This document shows positions 1 through 14,579 of a stretch of DNA of 64,000 nucleotides, in pieces. A program made the translations under genes and the position numbers. Below the pieces are notes generated by a model that was not told where the DNA came from, searched no databases, and saw only the letters and a program-made list of their open reading frames with translations. The number at the start of each line of letters is the position of its first letter. Within the stretch, counting starts at the first letter, position 1. This DNA is from Trichosphaerium sp. ATCC 40318 (taxonomy: Eukaryota > Protista > Tubulinea), in assembly GCA_038496445.1 (NCBI GenBank), contig JALMLS010000578.1, positions 503,816 through 567,815 on the forward strand. The letters are read 5' to 3'.

Positions 1-900
1 CAGTTACTGACACAAAATTCTTTTTTCCACGAAATAAAACCTTCTCAAAGTGTTACTTTGCAATTGTTTGTACTCCTATCCTATTAACACAATTATATTG
101 TATGCTAGTCAGCGACTTGATATCCCCTTTGTATGTTATTAACGAGTAAGCAGACGAGTTGATAGTGTACACAAGCCAATACCTTAATACCTGAGTCTGC
201 TTGTGATGACCTAAGAAGTCAATAGTGAACACCAGCTAACAACTAGACTTGAACCGTCACCAGGCAAAAAAACCCAAGTTGCTATCATGTACACCAGCCA
301 CTTCTTGATACCTGAATTGAGACACAGAGCTGTAAGTGTATGAAGTATCAAGTTACAGTTTGATGTATTCCTTTGTCCAATGGAAATAGGTAATGCATTA
401 TTTGGCACTAGTGGCTATTGATACACGGTCACATGACAGGTGCACGGTCTCTTTGGAAAAGGCCATCTTTAAGACGAACAACTTCTGTACATTCCATGGA
501 ATTTCAGTCGTTTGGGAGTATTTAGACTAACTATAACGCCGAGATTCACATAGCTACAAGAATGTAAGAATATGGCAACCAACGATAAGTATGGCAGACC
601 AAAATTAGAAGACATCGCCGAGAACGCTAAACCGGAACTCGACAACTTGGAAGATATAACTAACTTGACTGTGGGTTGCGTTTGAGCCAACGAGGCATTG
701 GTCTTCCTCCAAACTAGTCTAGCTTACTCAATTCCGTTGGCTATTCTAAAGATTCGTCTCATTAAGTCAGCGTTCTTTGAATGGTATTAAGAAGTTGTTT
801 GTTCAACGTCAGCAAAAAATAACAAGCTGAAACAGGTGAAAAGCACAACCACCAACGCATAAGGATACAGAATTAAGACAACAACTAATCAAAGAGAAAA

Positions 901-1453
901 ATGAATATTCAGTTTAGCAGCACAATAAGAGGCTTTATTGCCGGGATAATATTTGGATTGTTAAATGTAGCGTTATACCATTGTTGTATTATGAATGTCA
1001 TCTGTAGTTCTTAACACGTGGGTTTTTTTAGGCTTACTGTTGGCAGTGATCTTCCAACCAACAGATTTTCTTTGTATCACATGATTTTATTGTTTGCTTA
1101 CGAACAAGGGCTCGTTTTCTACTTTATAGGGGATAATTTGGGCAACGTACGTTTTGCAAAGCAACCTGCTTGTTTTCTACTAAGGTATTTAGAGCCAGCG
1201 CAGTGATTTTCCATATCTTTATTTTGGAATACCAATGGGACTATTGACTATTATGGTACCTTTCTTTTCAATGTCAGGATTGGTGTATGTTGGTATTTAC
1301 ATGATCTTTCTCCCTTTTGCGGTTGCACTTTTTTTCTTGGCTGGTTTTCCTTTGCTTATCGCTCCGTTTTGGTATTTGGCATTACCTTTTTGTTATCTCA
1401 TCGAAGAACCAATATATCAAGCGCTAAGGAAAATGGGTGTAAAACTGTACTAG
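901..1453 (+). CDS. small spliced membrane protein, unknown function
   Basis: ATG at 901 starts a hydrophobic segment (GFIAGIIFGLL). GT-AG intron-like gaps follow, and the last exon is very hydrophobic and ends LRKMGVKLY*. Exon structure uncertain. Confidence 0.45.
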
Positions 1454-1671
1454 AAAGTTATTGTGTAATAACAAAGCTATGAAAAAAGCAACTTCACATT
1501 TCTTCTTCGCCTTTGTTAAGACTATTAATGATCAAAGTAAGTTGAAGTGTTTGTAATAAACATATGTACGATATTAGTGAAAGACGAAGGAACTAGGGTA
1601 GTGGAGAGTAAATTTAATAGCAAATAGCCTATGATGTATTTTTTTATTGTTATTTTTTTTTCCAACACGTG

Positions 1672-3623
1672 TTACAGAACATTGTTGTTCTTTGCTTTGA
1701 TGACTTTAATACGTTCCCTTAAACTGAAACCGAGATCTTTTAGCACGTTTTTATCAATTTCATCTATTTTTGCGCCTGCATCATTCATCAATGCTCCAAG
1801 TTCGCTTGCTCTTTTAGTTGCAATGCCCACCTTCACTAATATTGCTGTCCAATCAGTTTCAACAGTGTTAATCGATTTGTTCACATGCAGTTGACCGAAA
1901 AGCGACTAGTAGACATTAAAATGCTAGTGAAACATAAGAGCAACCTGTCGGAGGTGTACCTTGTTATGGACGCCAGCTGAAAGAAGTGGTTTGTCAATCC
2001 ATGATGGTTGATCTAAAACTTCGCTTATATTATCTTCATCAAGCGGTAGAATATACTCTGTTTGCTCATAAGACTACAAATATTTATGAGGATCACACCA
2101 TGTTAAAAATAACTTACTTCAGAATAATGATTTTGTTCTTCAGTTGAAGCTACAGACTCTTCAGAAGAGATGTTTAAATCTTCTTCATCTGGCGGTGTAC
2201 TATTATTGCTTGATGTATCCATTAAGAAAAAACTGTTAGCTAAGTCATCTTGGTCACTTGATTCATCAGACTACATTTATTAGCTGTATATTGGTGTTAT
2301 GCTAAAAGACATACATTCAAATGTATTTTGCAGTCCTCAAGTACATCCTGAATAATATCACAATGTTCAGGAATATCTCCGAACTTGGTGTAATCATGAT
2401 TGGGATCAAGCACAGCTTTTGATAGGTGCTTATGTTTTCGGTCTTCTTTCAACTCACTCATGTGATCTAAAGTACTAACTTGAGGTCTGATTACCTTAGC
2501 AAACAGTTAGTACAAAAGATTACTTGTCAGTACATACTTGATTATGGTTCCTAAAGGTCAATTCTTGTGGTTTTGATTGACCAAAGATATTGTTACCATC
2601 ACTGACCAATCTGTAATCATGAGATATTGCCAAGAAATGAAAGTGTTTATTGGCAAACTCACGATATCTTCCAGATAATTTTAATGGCTTATTTGATAAG
2701 AACGGATCAATCCATTTCCCTTCTCCCCAACCATACAAACGACCTTCATGATCAATCACAAATGATGACTTTAACCCAGCATGGACGGATTTGATGTTAT
2801 CGAGTCCATAAACAATACCCTGGCCATACATGTCATCATTACCCAACCCAAGGCATCCTTTGTAGTTTTTCCCGAATGAAAATACTTGTCCTGACTTTAG
2901 AAGAACAAGTACGTGCACATCACCAATAGCAATATCAGTTGCATCTTCAATACTTGGAACACGCGAAATTTTCTTTTGCTTCAAGAACAGCTGTTCATAT
3001 TTTATTCCATAATGGGTAGTTCCCCAAAGAAATACATGGCCTGTTGATGTTATTGCTCCACTTACAAACGCATTGGTTTCAATTTTTGTAACATCTTTTA
3101 GACTAGGAACACGTGTTGGTGACTTTACTCTATCACTTTCAAATGAATGACCCAATCCATGATTTTCATTATCTCCCCAAGAGTAGACATGTCCTGATTC
3201 TGATAATGCTATACTCACCTTGTAGGCAGTAACTTGAGTGATTCGATCTAGATTGGGAACACGTGTTGGTCTTGTAACAGGTGACTTATAATGACCAACA
3301 CCCAACTCACCACGTAGATTATAACCCCATGAATAAACTACACCATAAGCATCAAGCGCAATACTATGGGAGGACCCAGCAGCAATACATACAATACTTA
3401 TGAGTGAATTTATTGGACAAGCGATAGATCTCGCTTTAGTCTTACGCACTAGTCCATGTAAGTATTGAAACGTTGACTTCTTAGCTGCGACCAACTGGGA
3501 GCTCAAGTTTGAGCCCCAAGTGTAAACATAGCCATCATCTGCGATTGCCATTGAATGGAAGCCACCCACGGCCAAACGATTAATATATTGCAAATTTAGC
3601 TGAGAAGAGTCTAGTTCAGCCAT
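1672..3623 (-). CDS. RCC1-repeat beta-propeller protein with acidic linker and C-terminal SAM-like domain
   Basis: Large first exon with RCC1 repeats (AAGSSHSIAL..G.VYSWGYN.RGELG). It continues through an intron (GTATGT..TACTAAC..AG near 2497-2537) and three more introns to LKDLGFSLRERIKVIKA. Confidence 0.8.
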
Positions 3624-5506
3624 AGTCGACTTCAGATAGTGTTTTTTGTAATAGATAGGTTGTATTTTATTTTTTGTTTGATGTTAGTTACGAAAAGAGC
3701 CAAGAAACTTCAAGTACAAAGGTTGACAATTTCAAAGTGAGTCACGCATTTACTCCGCACGTGATTTTCTCGTGCATTTTTATGCTGACTCACAAATCTA
3801 GCAAAACAAGGACCTAGTAGAGTATCAGCTGCAGCAGTGATTTGCTAAAGCTTGTTTGGTTGAACAATACAAACTACGTTGAGTTGATTGAAATCCACAT
3901 GTTTTCTTAACATTAACAAGTTAAAATAAAAACACCAATCAGCTGTTATTTTGATACACGTTTGTTTTTAGCGTGCATAAAAAAACGTCAATGACTTGTA
4001 TTCAGCACCTACTCTTCAAATACTCCTTCTACAATCTCATACTTAGAACTACCACTATAGTTCTCAATGTACGTCAACAAGAAGGTAAGATAATAGTCAT
4101 TCAAGCTATCTCACAACTGTGGCTAGACGTCCATTGTTCCCGAAAATAATAAGCACCTCGCTCCGTTCAAATAGCTTGTAAGAGGTTAATTGGTGTTTTA
4201 TCTTCCTTCGCGTACGTTCCATCTTGTTTTCGCCTTTGAGAGGCCACTTCTGTTCACTACCTTCATTGCGTAGCTTTCGCACGTCCCAGTGTCAGTGCAA
4301 GTGATAGTGATCCGAGTGATCCTGTTCTGAGAAGATACTTCATGCTGTTTCAATGTAAACCTGCAAAATTATGTGCCAATAGTTTTATACTCTACACCGT
4401 TGGGTCCAAAGATTCAAATATTTTAGGAGTTACTGCTCTCCTCATCGCCAACGCGATTTGACGATTAGACGCTTGGGGTCTATAATACTCGTATTTTGGG
4501 GGTTCCTAGCAGTTCACGCCAACCAATTTGGGTGCTAGGCAAACCCCTGTACTAGTCTAGGGGTTGGTGGATAAACGGCGTCTTTGAGGGCTTCCGCAGT
4601 AGCTGTCTCCAGTCCTTTGAGGTATACCAGTTCATACGGTATACCTAGCCTTGTAGCTAAAGCATTTGCTATTTGGTGAAAGAACTGCTGAAGTGGAGCT
4701 GGATATAGCTACTGCGGAACCCCCAACAATGGTCTATTCAAATTATAAGTTCAGACATGTTGAAATAGCTTTCCCTTAAATAGCTTCAAAGAAATGACAC
4801 TCAATCAATCTGCCAAACTATTGAGTTAAAATACATTAGTTAAGACTCTATCAACCACGACTGCTCGTGTCAAAAAATAATCAAGCAAACATTGAGGAGG
4901 TAATTTGCTATTGTACTGCCGTTCGCTTTTGCGGAACCGATTTTGAGCTACTGTTTTTTGTTGCTTAATGTTGTCAGTATCTTTGTCGTAACTGCAGAGC
5001 GTATTTGTTAATCTGTAGCTAGTATAACAAAATGTATATCACATTCAGAACTACTAATCTTGTGCAGTAATAGGTATTGGTAACGTCAGAAGCAACAAAG
5101 TATTTGTTAAGGTGATTTAGGTCAACTCAAGAGAAGGTTAAGTACTATTGTGTTGTATTGCCTGAATGTATAAAATTATGCCTTGACTTTTGTGGCAATA
5201 TTGATGACAATATCATTGCGTAGACCAGGTGAATAACTGTTGACTGAGGCAAATACCAACTTGACTTTTTAGCTTGCTTAGAGCAAATTGAACTAAGTGT
5301 ATGCGTCTTCACTTTTACATTTCTTCTGTGGTAAAGCCTCAAAGGGTTTACTCATCACCACAGCAAGTAGGTAACACCTGTCAGGACCTCGAATTTAATA
5401 AGTTTGACTAACTTATTATTTACCTCATAAGCCCTCTCCCTAAGGGATGAAAATTGAAGTATGTATAACAGGCAACAACAGTTTTATTACGAGAATGACA
5501 TATTTT

Positions 5507-8500
5507 TTACTGCTTTGGTTTGTTTGCTTCTTTAATAAGAGATCCATTCTTTTCACTCATGACAAGAATTGAGAATCTATCAACTGTGTTCAAGTCATTT
5601 GTCATTACAGACGTGTAATCAAATGCACCAGACAAGTCAGTATATCCATCCTTTAGACAAAAAGTCAGAGACAACAAACGAAGTTTGAAACATAAAAACT
5701 TGTGGTTCGTGCTTCAAGATGAGGATTTTGAGGTTTTGGTTCATTTTATTATTATCGTACCTTGAAGAACTTGGTGGTTCCGTTTGTATGTCTTGCGTAT
5801 ACTTTGATATATACTTTAGATATTGGTCTTCCTGTTGTTTTGTCTGTGACCTTCAACTGTCCATAGTTCTCAATGATATTGACGAATAGAGAGTTTGAGA
5901 AGTATGCAGATGATTTGCGTGTACCAGCGGCTTGGATATCAATCTAACAAAACGTATGAGCACCAACACAAGCAAGGAGTTGTTGAAGATACAATAAACA
6001 AATCTGATTTATCACGTGATAACCAAGACTCAATTGAGTTGATTGGGAAAAAAAGGGTGAACGACTTACCATGACGTTACTGTTATGGTACGCTTCTGGT
6101 AGATCAATAACATGACTGTTCGAGTGAGCAGGTAATTCTAAAGAGATAGTACTGTTGGACATGATATAGCCAAACTGATCAGTTGCTTTCTGTACGAAAG
6201 GTGAAGTGGAGAATAGAAGTTCGATATCCATTTTGAAGAAACTAACAGTTACATTCTAAACAAAGCGGTTTAGTAACAGCAAGACTCAATGAGGGGCGTT
6301 TAAATAAACAGGTGTAATACATGTCAATACTATTGAGTAAAATAAAGTAATCAGTGTAAGCTTGTACCTTGAGATTTTGGTAGTCAATGTGGATCTTCTT
6401 GGATTCAACAGTGAAATCAAAGCTTGCTTGAGCAGATGCAAGTTTAGCTTGTTGCTGGTCACGAGATTTCTCATCTACTATCTCAACAGAAGCTCCTATA
6501 AGATAAAATATTAGTCTTGGTTCAAACAAGGATGCTTCTTACCGTCGATTTCTGCAAGTTTCTGACGAACTGAACCAAATAGTTTGTTCCATCTTGGTAC
6601 AGGATAATCAACATATCTATTGGATAAGTTAATTCTTTGTGATTGGCATACAAATGATGAAATGTTGTTCTTCTACGTACTTCTTAACCACTTCTCTGGC
6701 CACTTTAGGTTCGTCATTATAGAAGTCGAGGTATGCGGCAAGATAGTCATATTGTAACTTTGCTTGGTTGTTGTCTGTTTTACTCAAAGAAACACGTGCA
6801 AACATAGCTTTAGACTCATCGATACGATCTTGTATCAAAAGGTAGTAGGTGGCAGCCATTAGATCAGAAGCATCCATACTGACATAGCACATATTGGAAA
6901 GGAACTACACAATATGTAAGAACTAAGAAACATAGAGAAAATACAAAAGAAAGAAGATGACTTTACCTTTTCGTATTGTGCCTTGAAACGATCGTTTAAG
7001 ATCTCTCTTTTAGAACCAATAGCATGAGCTCTAGCGTTCACAAATGGGTTGTATTCCAAGTGTTCATAGGATCTTTGACGGACTGGGTCTAGTGATAAAA
7101 GAGGAGAAGTCATGTAAGGACCAACACGTTGCATGAAGGTCTTGTTGTACTGGAAGAAAATAAGCAATGACAAAAAACATTAAAAGTTGAACATACTTGG
7201 AGGTACTCCTTAGTAATCTTGACGTCTTTGTGGAGAACACCAAAAGACCAGAGAACTTTACTAAATGCTTTTTGTGCAGCTAGTATGGATATCGCTTTAG
7301 AAAAGAAGTCAGCGTCCTTGAAACGCCAAGCCATCCTAAAATAAAAAGATCAGTTATGTATCTTAAGATTTCACGAAGAAAACACGCTTAAACTGACGTG
7401 GTATGTTGTCAATATAATTGCAAGCAATTCAATAGTTGTAGTAGATGGTGGTTTAAAGTCTATCTTTGCAACGTACTTTGCAGTGTTGATGTCATGAACA
7501 TTTTCCTTTTTAAGGAATTCAATGACTTGCTCACTAGTTCCGTTTTGACTTATCCAATCCCATGACTGTGTATCAACAATAGTAGGTTTCTCTACAACCT
7601 TCAAGGTGACCGGTTGAGCATATGCAACAACTAAAACAAAAGATAAGTCAAGAGAAGTTCAGAAACGCAAGAACAAGAAAAGAAAAAAAAAAATTATGTT
7701 GTACCTTTTTCGGATTGAGACACGTGAACAGGGAAGTGCTTGTAACTTCCTGGAGCAGGGAAGTAGAATTGGTAATCAATCGTTTGCGTTGAATAAGCAC
7801 CAAGTGATATGAACTTAGACTTTGTAAAGAAGCCATTAGATACAGGGAATGAACCAACAGGTATCTGCATTAGAACTTCAAGTTGTTGTTTGGAGCATGA
7901 AACATTAGTGACAACAAGTTGACATCCATATACTTTCTTGTATATGAACTCTTCAGATACGTAGCGCTCGACTCTATTTCCATTAACGGTATCATAACGT
8001 CTAGCAGGATCATAGAAGTTCTGGCCAACAAGGACGGGTTTTCTGCAACAAAGAAGTCAATATCATAATGAAAGAAAGAAAAACTTACCTATCGACTGGA
8101 GACTCGTTGATTTGTTTGTGGAAGATGATGACATCATTCTTTGGTTTTAATGTCATTGCATAGTCATTGTACTCAATATCATGCTCTTCAGCATCAGTAA
8201 AAGGCATATCAAGTACTAAAAAAAGAATAAGTAAGTCAACACTAAAACAAAAAAAAACGTTATCAAGCATGTACCTGACAGTGCGAACATCATTTCTGGA
8301 AATTGATTCGCTGCATAAGCGACGTTTGAGGATACAAAAGATGATTTTCTATCACGTTGAGCATAATCGCGCCAAAACGCGTTCATAGATACAAGATGAT
8401 TTGTAGGGGCAGTATTGTTATGTTTGTAGTAGTTCATCTCTGCATACTCCTAAGAAAAAAGTAAGAAAAAGCTATAATTCTAACTCCAGACGATGTATAC

Positions 8501-11500
8501 CGACAAGGTGCAAGTATTCATAAAAAGAGTATCTACTTACCTTTGTCTTTGGTAGGCTCTTATGGAATACGACAGGGCTTTTATATTCCTTTTCTTTTCG
8601 GTCTTTTCGTTGCATGCTTTGTTTCCTTCTTTTCGATTTTTTTCTGCTGCGAGGTACCGCAGACATAGGGGCGGCAACTTCAAGTTTTGCTGCACGATAC
8701 ATTGCCTGTGGTGCTTGAGGCTTATCTTTACCGCCAAGTTTAGGTGCATCTGCGTCTAAAGCACTTCCTTTTACAGCAGTATCGAATAAACGGTTGAATC
8801 GGTCTACTTGTACAGGTAGTAAGTCATTTTTAGCTTTGACATAGTTTGCCTGTAATAACAAAAGCGTCAGCTATCAAAAAAAAAGAAGAAAAAAATACGA
8901 ATAAAGTGTATTTCTTTGTAGTTTTATATCGTACCATCTCGTCATCTTCAAGAGCTTCACCGAGTAGAATTTGCTCAAAAGTATTAAGACGTTCAAACTC
9001 GACAGGTGTCATAAAGTCTTTGAGGTTACGTAGAGATAAAAGATAAGAATCCATGAATGTCTTTTCTTTCTTATTAGCAATATATGGCTTAACAACATCC
9101 TTGAAGAATTTTTCATCCTAGAACACTCCATTACAAAAAGATCAAATGTGATGGATTTCTAAAACCGTACACATCTATAGATGAAGTAATTGAGTTCATG
9201 GCATGAGAACTCAGAGTACTTCTCACGCTTTTCTTCTTCAGTCATTTTCTTCCAGTTTAGAATAAACTTGAATTTATCCAAAGTTGAGTTGTTTGTCAAA
9301 GCAGTGAATAAAGAAAACACCTTTGTTTTGGTATCGTATATTTCAATTTTTGAAGTAAAGACATCTCTAACAGAGAAAGAAGAACCAGGAGCGACAGTAT
9401 CGATCTTTTTTTGCTCAGTAAAGTGACCTTTAAACAAAGTAATTAGTAGAAAGTTTAGTGATAAGTTATTTTACCATCTGCAGCAAGAGCGCGGTCGTTG
9501 TTCAAGCGCAAGTCCTTGTAAGCTTTTAGACCATTATTAGCAAAAACATGAACATGTGCAGCGCTTCCATCATCTATAGCAACAACGCGAAGGTATCCTG
9601 AACCCTTCAACTCCCTAGATCAAAGTCAGAGATTTTTAAACAACTTTCTGCGTACTCTAGTGGGATAGTAATGTCTCCATTGTCATCTACCTTGAGATTG
9701 TACATTACAACAGAACCTTGTGGTAGGAAGTCCAGGTTATGATCTTGTAACCCAGAAGGCTTAGTACGAGATAAGCTCTGCAGGGGAGCTGCACATGCTG
9801 CCATACTACGACAGCTAAAAAACAATAAATTTTTTCAAAACAAGCATACAAATAATCCCTACCTATTCAAGCTCTCTGTACCGTATTTTTCGTTAGACCT
9901 CAATACTTCTAGAGAGGTTAGAGTATCTTGAATAGCCCCTACAGCACTAGTTAGCATAAACTAATCCATTTAGACAAAAAACTCACAAGGGTTAAGTAGC
10001 ATAGAAGGACGTGGCAAAGTGTTTCCTTTTTGAAATAACAAAGTTAGAATAGCTTTTACATAAGTTATAGTTAATCAAATACCTGCGTATATCTTAGCGT
10101 ATTTCCTATCAAGGATGTATCTATACTCATCACCGAGTTTTCTACCCGATAAGTAACGACATTCATTGGTAGTGAATTGCTTAGAAGCAAGTGGACTTAA
10201 CGGGAACTGTGCCAATGAATTGACAACATTGTGGCTAGGCAGGAAGTGTGATGCTAGGACATGTACTCGTGTACGTTCTGTGCTATTGTGAACAGTGATT
10301 TTTAGAGCTTTTTCAGTCACTTTTGCTTCAACTTGAACATCAACATCACGAGCCTCTACAAAGAAAAAAATGAGGAAAAAAAAATGGTTTAGCATTTTTT
10401 ATACATACGTTCCAGGATTCTGCATTTTCCGAAGATAAATGATGAAGCTTTCTTTCCTTTGGATACATTGATAGCAATTGTAAGGCTATCATTGTCTTTT
10501 AGACAAAGTGAATATTTTCCTTGTGTAAGATCCTTAATCTTCAAGTATCCATCTTCAAGGCGAATTTTATCGAAACAATTGCGAACAACATAGCCAGAAG
10601 CTCCTTTCTCCAAAAGAGATACGGAGTTTACTGATAGTCCACCTAGCGAAGCGTTAATAATTAAGAATGAAAATGACATGCAAAGTCAATTTTATCGTTT
10701 GTATCAAAATTCAAAAAAAAATCAGAAGCGTACATCCGTAAATATCATTGAAAGGTACAATGACGTCCTCTCCTTCAGCAGCTGATATTACCTTTGGGTA
10801 TGAATGCCAGTTTTTAGGTAGGTTCCAACTACGTTATAATCAGATATGTACTAACTCAGGAGGTGCAAAAATCAAATACTTACGTATACTGTGTTGTAAC
10901 AGACGAAATATCTTTAAGCTGACCCAATTGAACTTTACCAAAGCTATCAGTTTGAACAGAATACGTAAGATAGTTGGAAAAAAAGCGCGACTTCAAGGTA
11001 ACAGAGACAACTTCATTAGGCTATTAAAGAGAGTAAGAAACTTAACAAAAAAAACAGAAAAAAAAAAGAAAATAAAGGTGAATCTTTTGGTTTTGCGTAC
11101 AATAGGTTCTCCGCTTCTTCCAATAACCTCAAGAACATATCCTGTAGCATCTCTTGCCAAGATATGATCTTGAGTTTTCGCATTCCCATCAATCTTATTA
11201 ATGACAAAAGAAGAACTTTTGTTAAACCCTTGCTTGGCACCATCAGATGTACGTGTAACAGATGAGGTCAATTGGAAGGTAATTGATCTAAAGTAACGGA
11301 GTAAGCACATAATACTGTAAACTACTTGCATGGTGAGTGGTACCTTAGTCCATCAGGAACATTGAATTCGTAAGTTGAGTCTTTATCAGCAAATAACTCA
11401 AATTTTGGCACACTCTTTGTCGATTCAGTGCCATCAGCATCGTTTGTTGTAATCTTAAGAGTAACATCTTCCAATTTTGATATTGGACATAATTTATCGT

Positions 11501-14162
11501 TGATGTAAAGCTTTGGTGAGATAACAACTTGAGCTTTGTTGCCTTTAAGAAGTGTTTCTCTAACATCGAGTTATTTTGTTATTTCAACGAAAATAAATTG
11601 TATTTGAAGCTAGTTAACGGGCACTTACCTGTCAACGTATATGCCAGCATGAAATGAGTAAGATTCAGTTTTATGATTAAATCTACCAAGCGTTGTAAAT
11701 CCACCATGTGTCAAAATGATGTTTTGTTCTCCTTTAGATGAAGTGAAAGGCACTAAAATCTCTCCATCTTCATCAGTTTCGAAGGCATGGCCAGACAGTA
11801 TCATCTTAACAGGCTAAATTTCAAACAATGTCAACCTTGTGAACCACGTGGACTAGAATAAAGAACGTACAGAAAGTGGCTTATCAGATTCATCAAAAAA
11901 GGTAAAAACATGTCCACCATAAGTAAGACGATCAATATACTTGATTTGACCTTTGATAACAACAGCTCTACTGCTCTTTCCTCCACCAATAAACTCAATA
12001 ACATACATTCCTCTATCTTTGATCTTATCGAAGGTAAATGACCTGTTAACACGCTTGATTGGCGCTTCCTAAATGAATAAGTTAAACAAGGTCTACTATC
12101 GCACGTGACAAACTTACTTTATATTTTTCAACAAACTCGTGGTTTGCTACTAGACCATCAAGGTTGATTCCTGTAGTAACTTCTTGGTTGTTCTCCATAT
12201 AATAGTTAAAAGTATTGATATGGTACACCTTTACTAGGAGTGTCTTGACGTTCTTTATCCAGACTTTAAGCTCAACTTTTTCATCAGTTTTAAATCCTTT
12301 CGAATTTGTTTCATCAAACTCAATATCAACTCTAGATTTTAACTCGGCTATACAGAATAACAGTTAGCGTTACCCTTGGAGGAGGTAATCTTAAATTCTC
12401 GAAGCGTACCCAAGTAAGCTGGTGAGTTAAGCGTCTTGAACCACTTATCAGCATCACCTTCTCCTGCAAGGAGGTTTGAGGTAACCCAGAGCTTTGTGAG
12501 GTAATTGTCCTCGAAAAAGTTGGAAAAAGCAGAAACAGACTCAGCGCCTTTCAAGTAATGCAATAGAAGCGTTCTACCTAAAGTGAATGTAAGAGCACTG
12601 CCTGAGGTTCATTTCCCTATTGTTAACGTACAAAGTTCGCTGTCTTCAGTGCTACTGACAGATCTCAAGCTACCAACCCTAGGCAAACCGAAATTGATAA
12701 TTCTAAGGCAAAATAAGTACAAAATACTTATTTTTTTGATTTAGTCTTACTTCTGAGCTTGAGATTGTAGCTTCTTCAGCATTTCGACGTTACCATCAGA
12801 ACGTTGTGCAGGGAACTGCAAATAAGTTGTAAAATCTTTATTGTTGTAAACACCTGTTTCTATGCCGAGCTTCAAGATATTGTACATTACATTAACCTAT
12901 TAAAAACACGTGTCAGATTTCAGTACACAAAAACCATCATTTGATGCTCACCTTGTGTCCCATAAAGGCATCGCTGAGTGTCATAACGAAGTCCTTGAGG
13001 CGGTTCAAGTAAGCTGTACGGACTTGGATATCATTTGGATCACAATCAGGATTGATTTCAAGATGTTTGACATAACTATCTACCCAGTGTCCGTTGTTAC
13101 GCATATCATGATGTTTGCTCATTTTAGCGAGTTCTTCAAGCTGTGACTTTGTCAAGTTTGAAAAAATAGGGAATCTAGTAGGTGAACGGTTTTTGTCCGC
13201 TATAACTGCACCATAAAGCTTCATAAGGTTAGGATGGTCAGGGTGCGCAACTCTACAAGGTGAACATAAGCATTAAAAAAAAAAACCGTTGTAAAAAAAC
13301 GTGACGATCATTTTTTTTCTTACCTTTGAAGAAGCAAGTGTTGCTGCTCTGTAGATAGGCTACTATAGCAATCAAGCAAACGAGTAGTAGTAGGAGCATT
13401 ACTGACGAAATTTTGAAGCCTGTTTGTGTATTTGAGAGCTGAGGCCTTTTGCTTTTCCCAAGAGAAAGCATCTACAATGAAAAAAAAACCGTAAGAAATT
13501 TTTTTTTTTCAATATTGTCTCGTCTACCTTGGTCGAGCGTGCTTGGGTATGTGGAAGGCCGAACACCACGTGAAGAACTCTTGGAATAATTATAACTCAA
13601 GCCAACTGTCTTCTTTAGCCAATTCCATATTTCATCCTGGTCTTTTTGTTGAGAGAATCGGCTCAAGTTAAACCTAGAGAATTCGTTGGGTTTTGATAAG
13701 ATTAGTTGAAAAAATATGTACCTGGCCTCCATTTGCTTGTAAAGTTCATCGATTTTGTCATCTTGAGATTCCAAGTACTTAGAGAGCGTGAGACAAGAAA
13801 TATCTTTCGATAAACTATTTAACGTTAAAAGACGTACCGCTTTTAGTTCCTTTTTAATAAGGGACTCGTTTTTACCGCCTAACTAGCGTAAGAATTAAAT
13901 AAAGACTTAGCTGACCAAAAATACCTTCGTTGGTTTGAATGAGGTGGAGGAGCGTGTAACGATAGTATTCTTTAGAGCCCTAGTAACTTTTAGTGCGTTT
14001 ATTTAACGAAATATTGAACGCTTACTCTCAAAAGTTGTTTAAGGGTTTCCCCGCGATTTTCTGAAAGAGCATAAAGCTCCTTGAACGATACAGAGTCGTT
14101 TCTATAATTAAAGTTAAAAAATACGGTTAACGTTATAGTATAAAGAGTTGTTACCCCGACAT
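5507..14162 (-). CDS. giant conserved protein resembling Dictyostelium AbpF and large Planctomycete/Verrucomicrobia hypothetical proteins
   Basis: About 30 canonical introns. The N-terminus (FKELYALSENRGETLKQLLRGSKEYYRY), the internal YEHLEYNPFVNARAH motif and the C-terminus (YIKVYARH..FFKDGYTDLSGAFDYTSV..RFSILVMSEKNGSLIKEANKP) match the family as I remember it. Confidence 0.7.
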
Positions 14163-14579
14163 TGTTGTTTATTGATTAAAAAACCACAACACAGAATCAA
14201 AACCGAAACATAAACCAGCTGTTAAGTCACAAATAGTTAAGGAGACTAAAAACCGAAAGTAATTGCATGTGCTCTTTTTCCAGAATGTAGGGAGTACTAA
14301 ACGATATGCGTCCGGTTTTGTGAGCTTGACGCTATGCAAGCCTGCGCTAGATGTTTAAAACAAGCTAAAAAAGAAAGAAACAGCTGCACTATGTTTTTCT
14401 ACCTGAACCAACCTATTGCGAGCTTTGGCACACACCAAGGTTTAGATAAACTTATCAGTACCAAAACTAAAGACTCAGCATGTTAGCTACTACTAGAAAC
14501 CACGTTCTACAACGAGAGTCTTCCTTTCATAACAAAACTAAACTTGGTTTTTATTTTTTTTTACAACTTGAAGGTCATT

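Noticed and set aside
1-780. Short ORFs 211-408 and 469-690
   Set aside because: No motifs or consistent splice structure; probably non-coding or a decayed sequence.
4100-4760. GC-richer stretch with protein-like translation on the minus strand (FFHQIANALATRLGIPY), a possible retroelement relic
   Set aside because: Multiple stops and no recognisable RT, integrase or transposase motif, so I cannot support a call.
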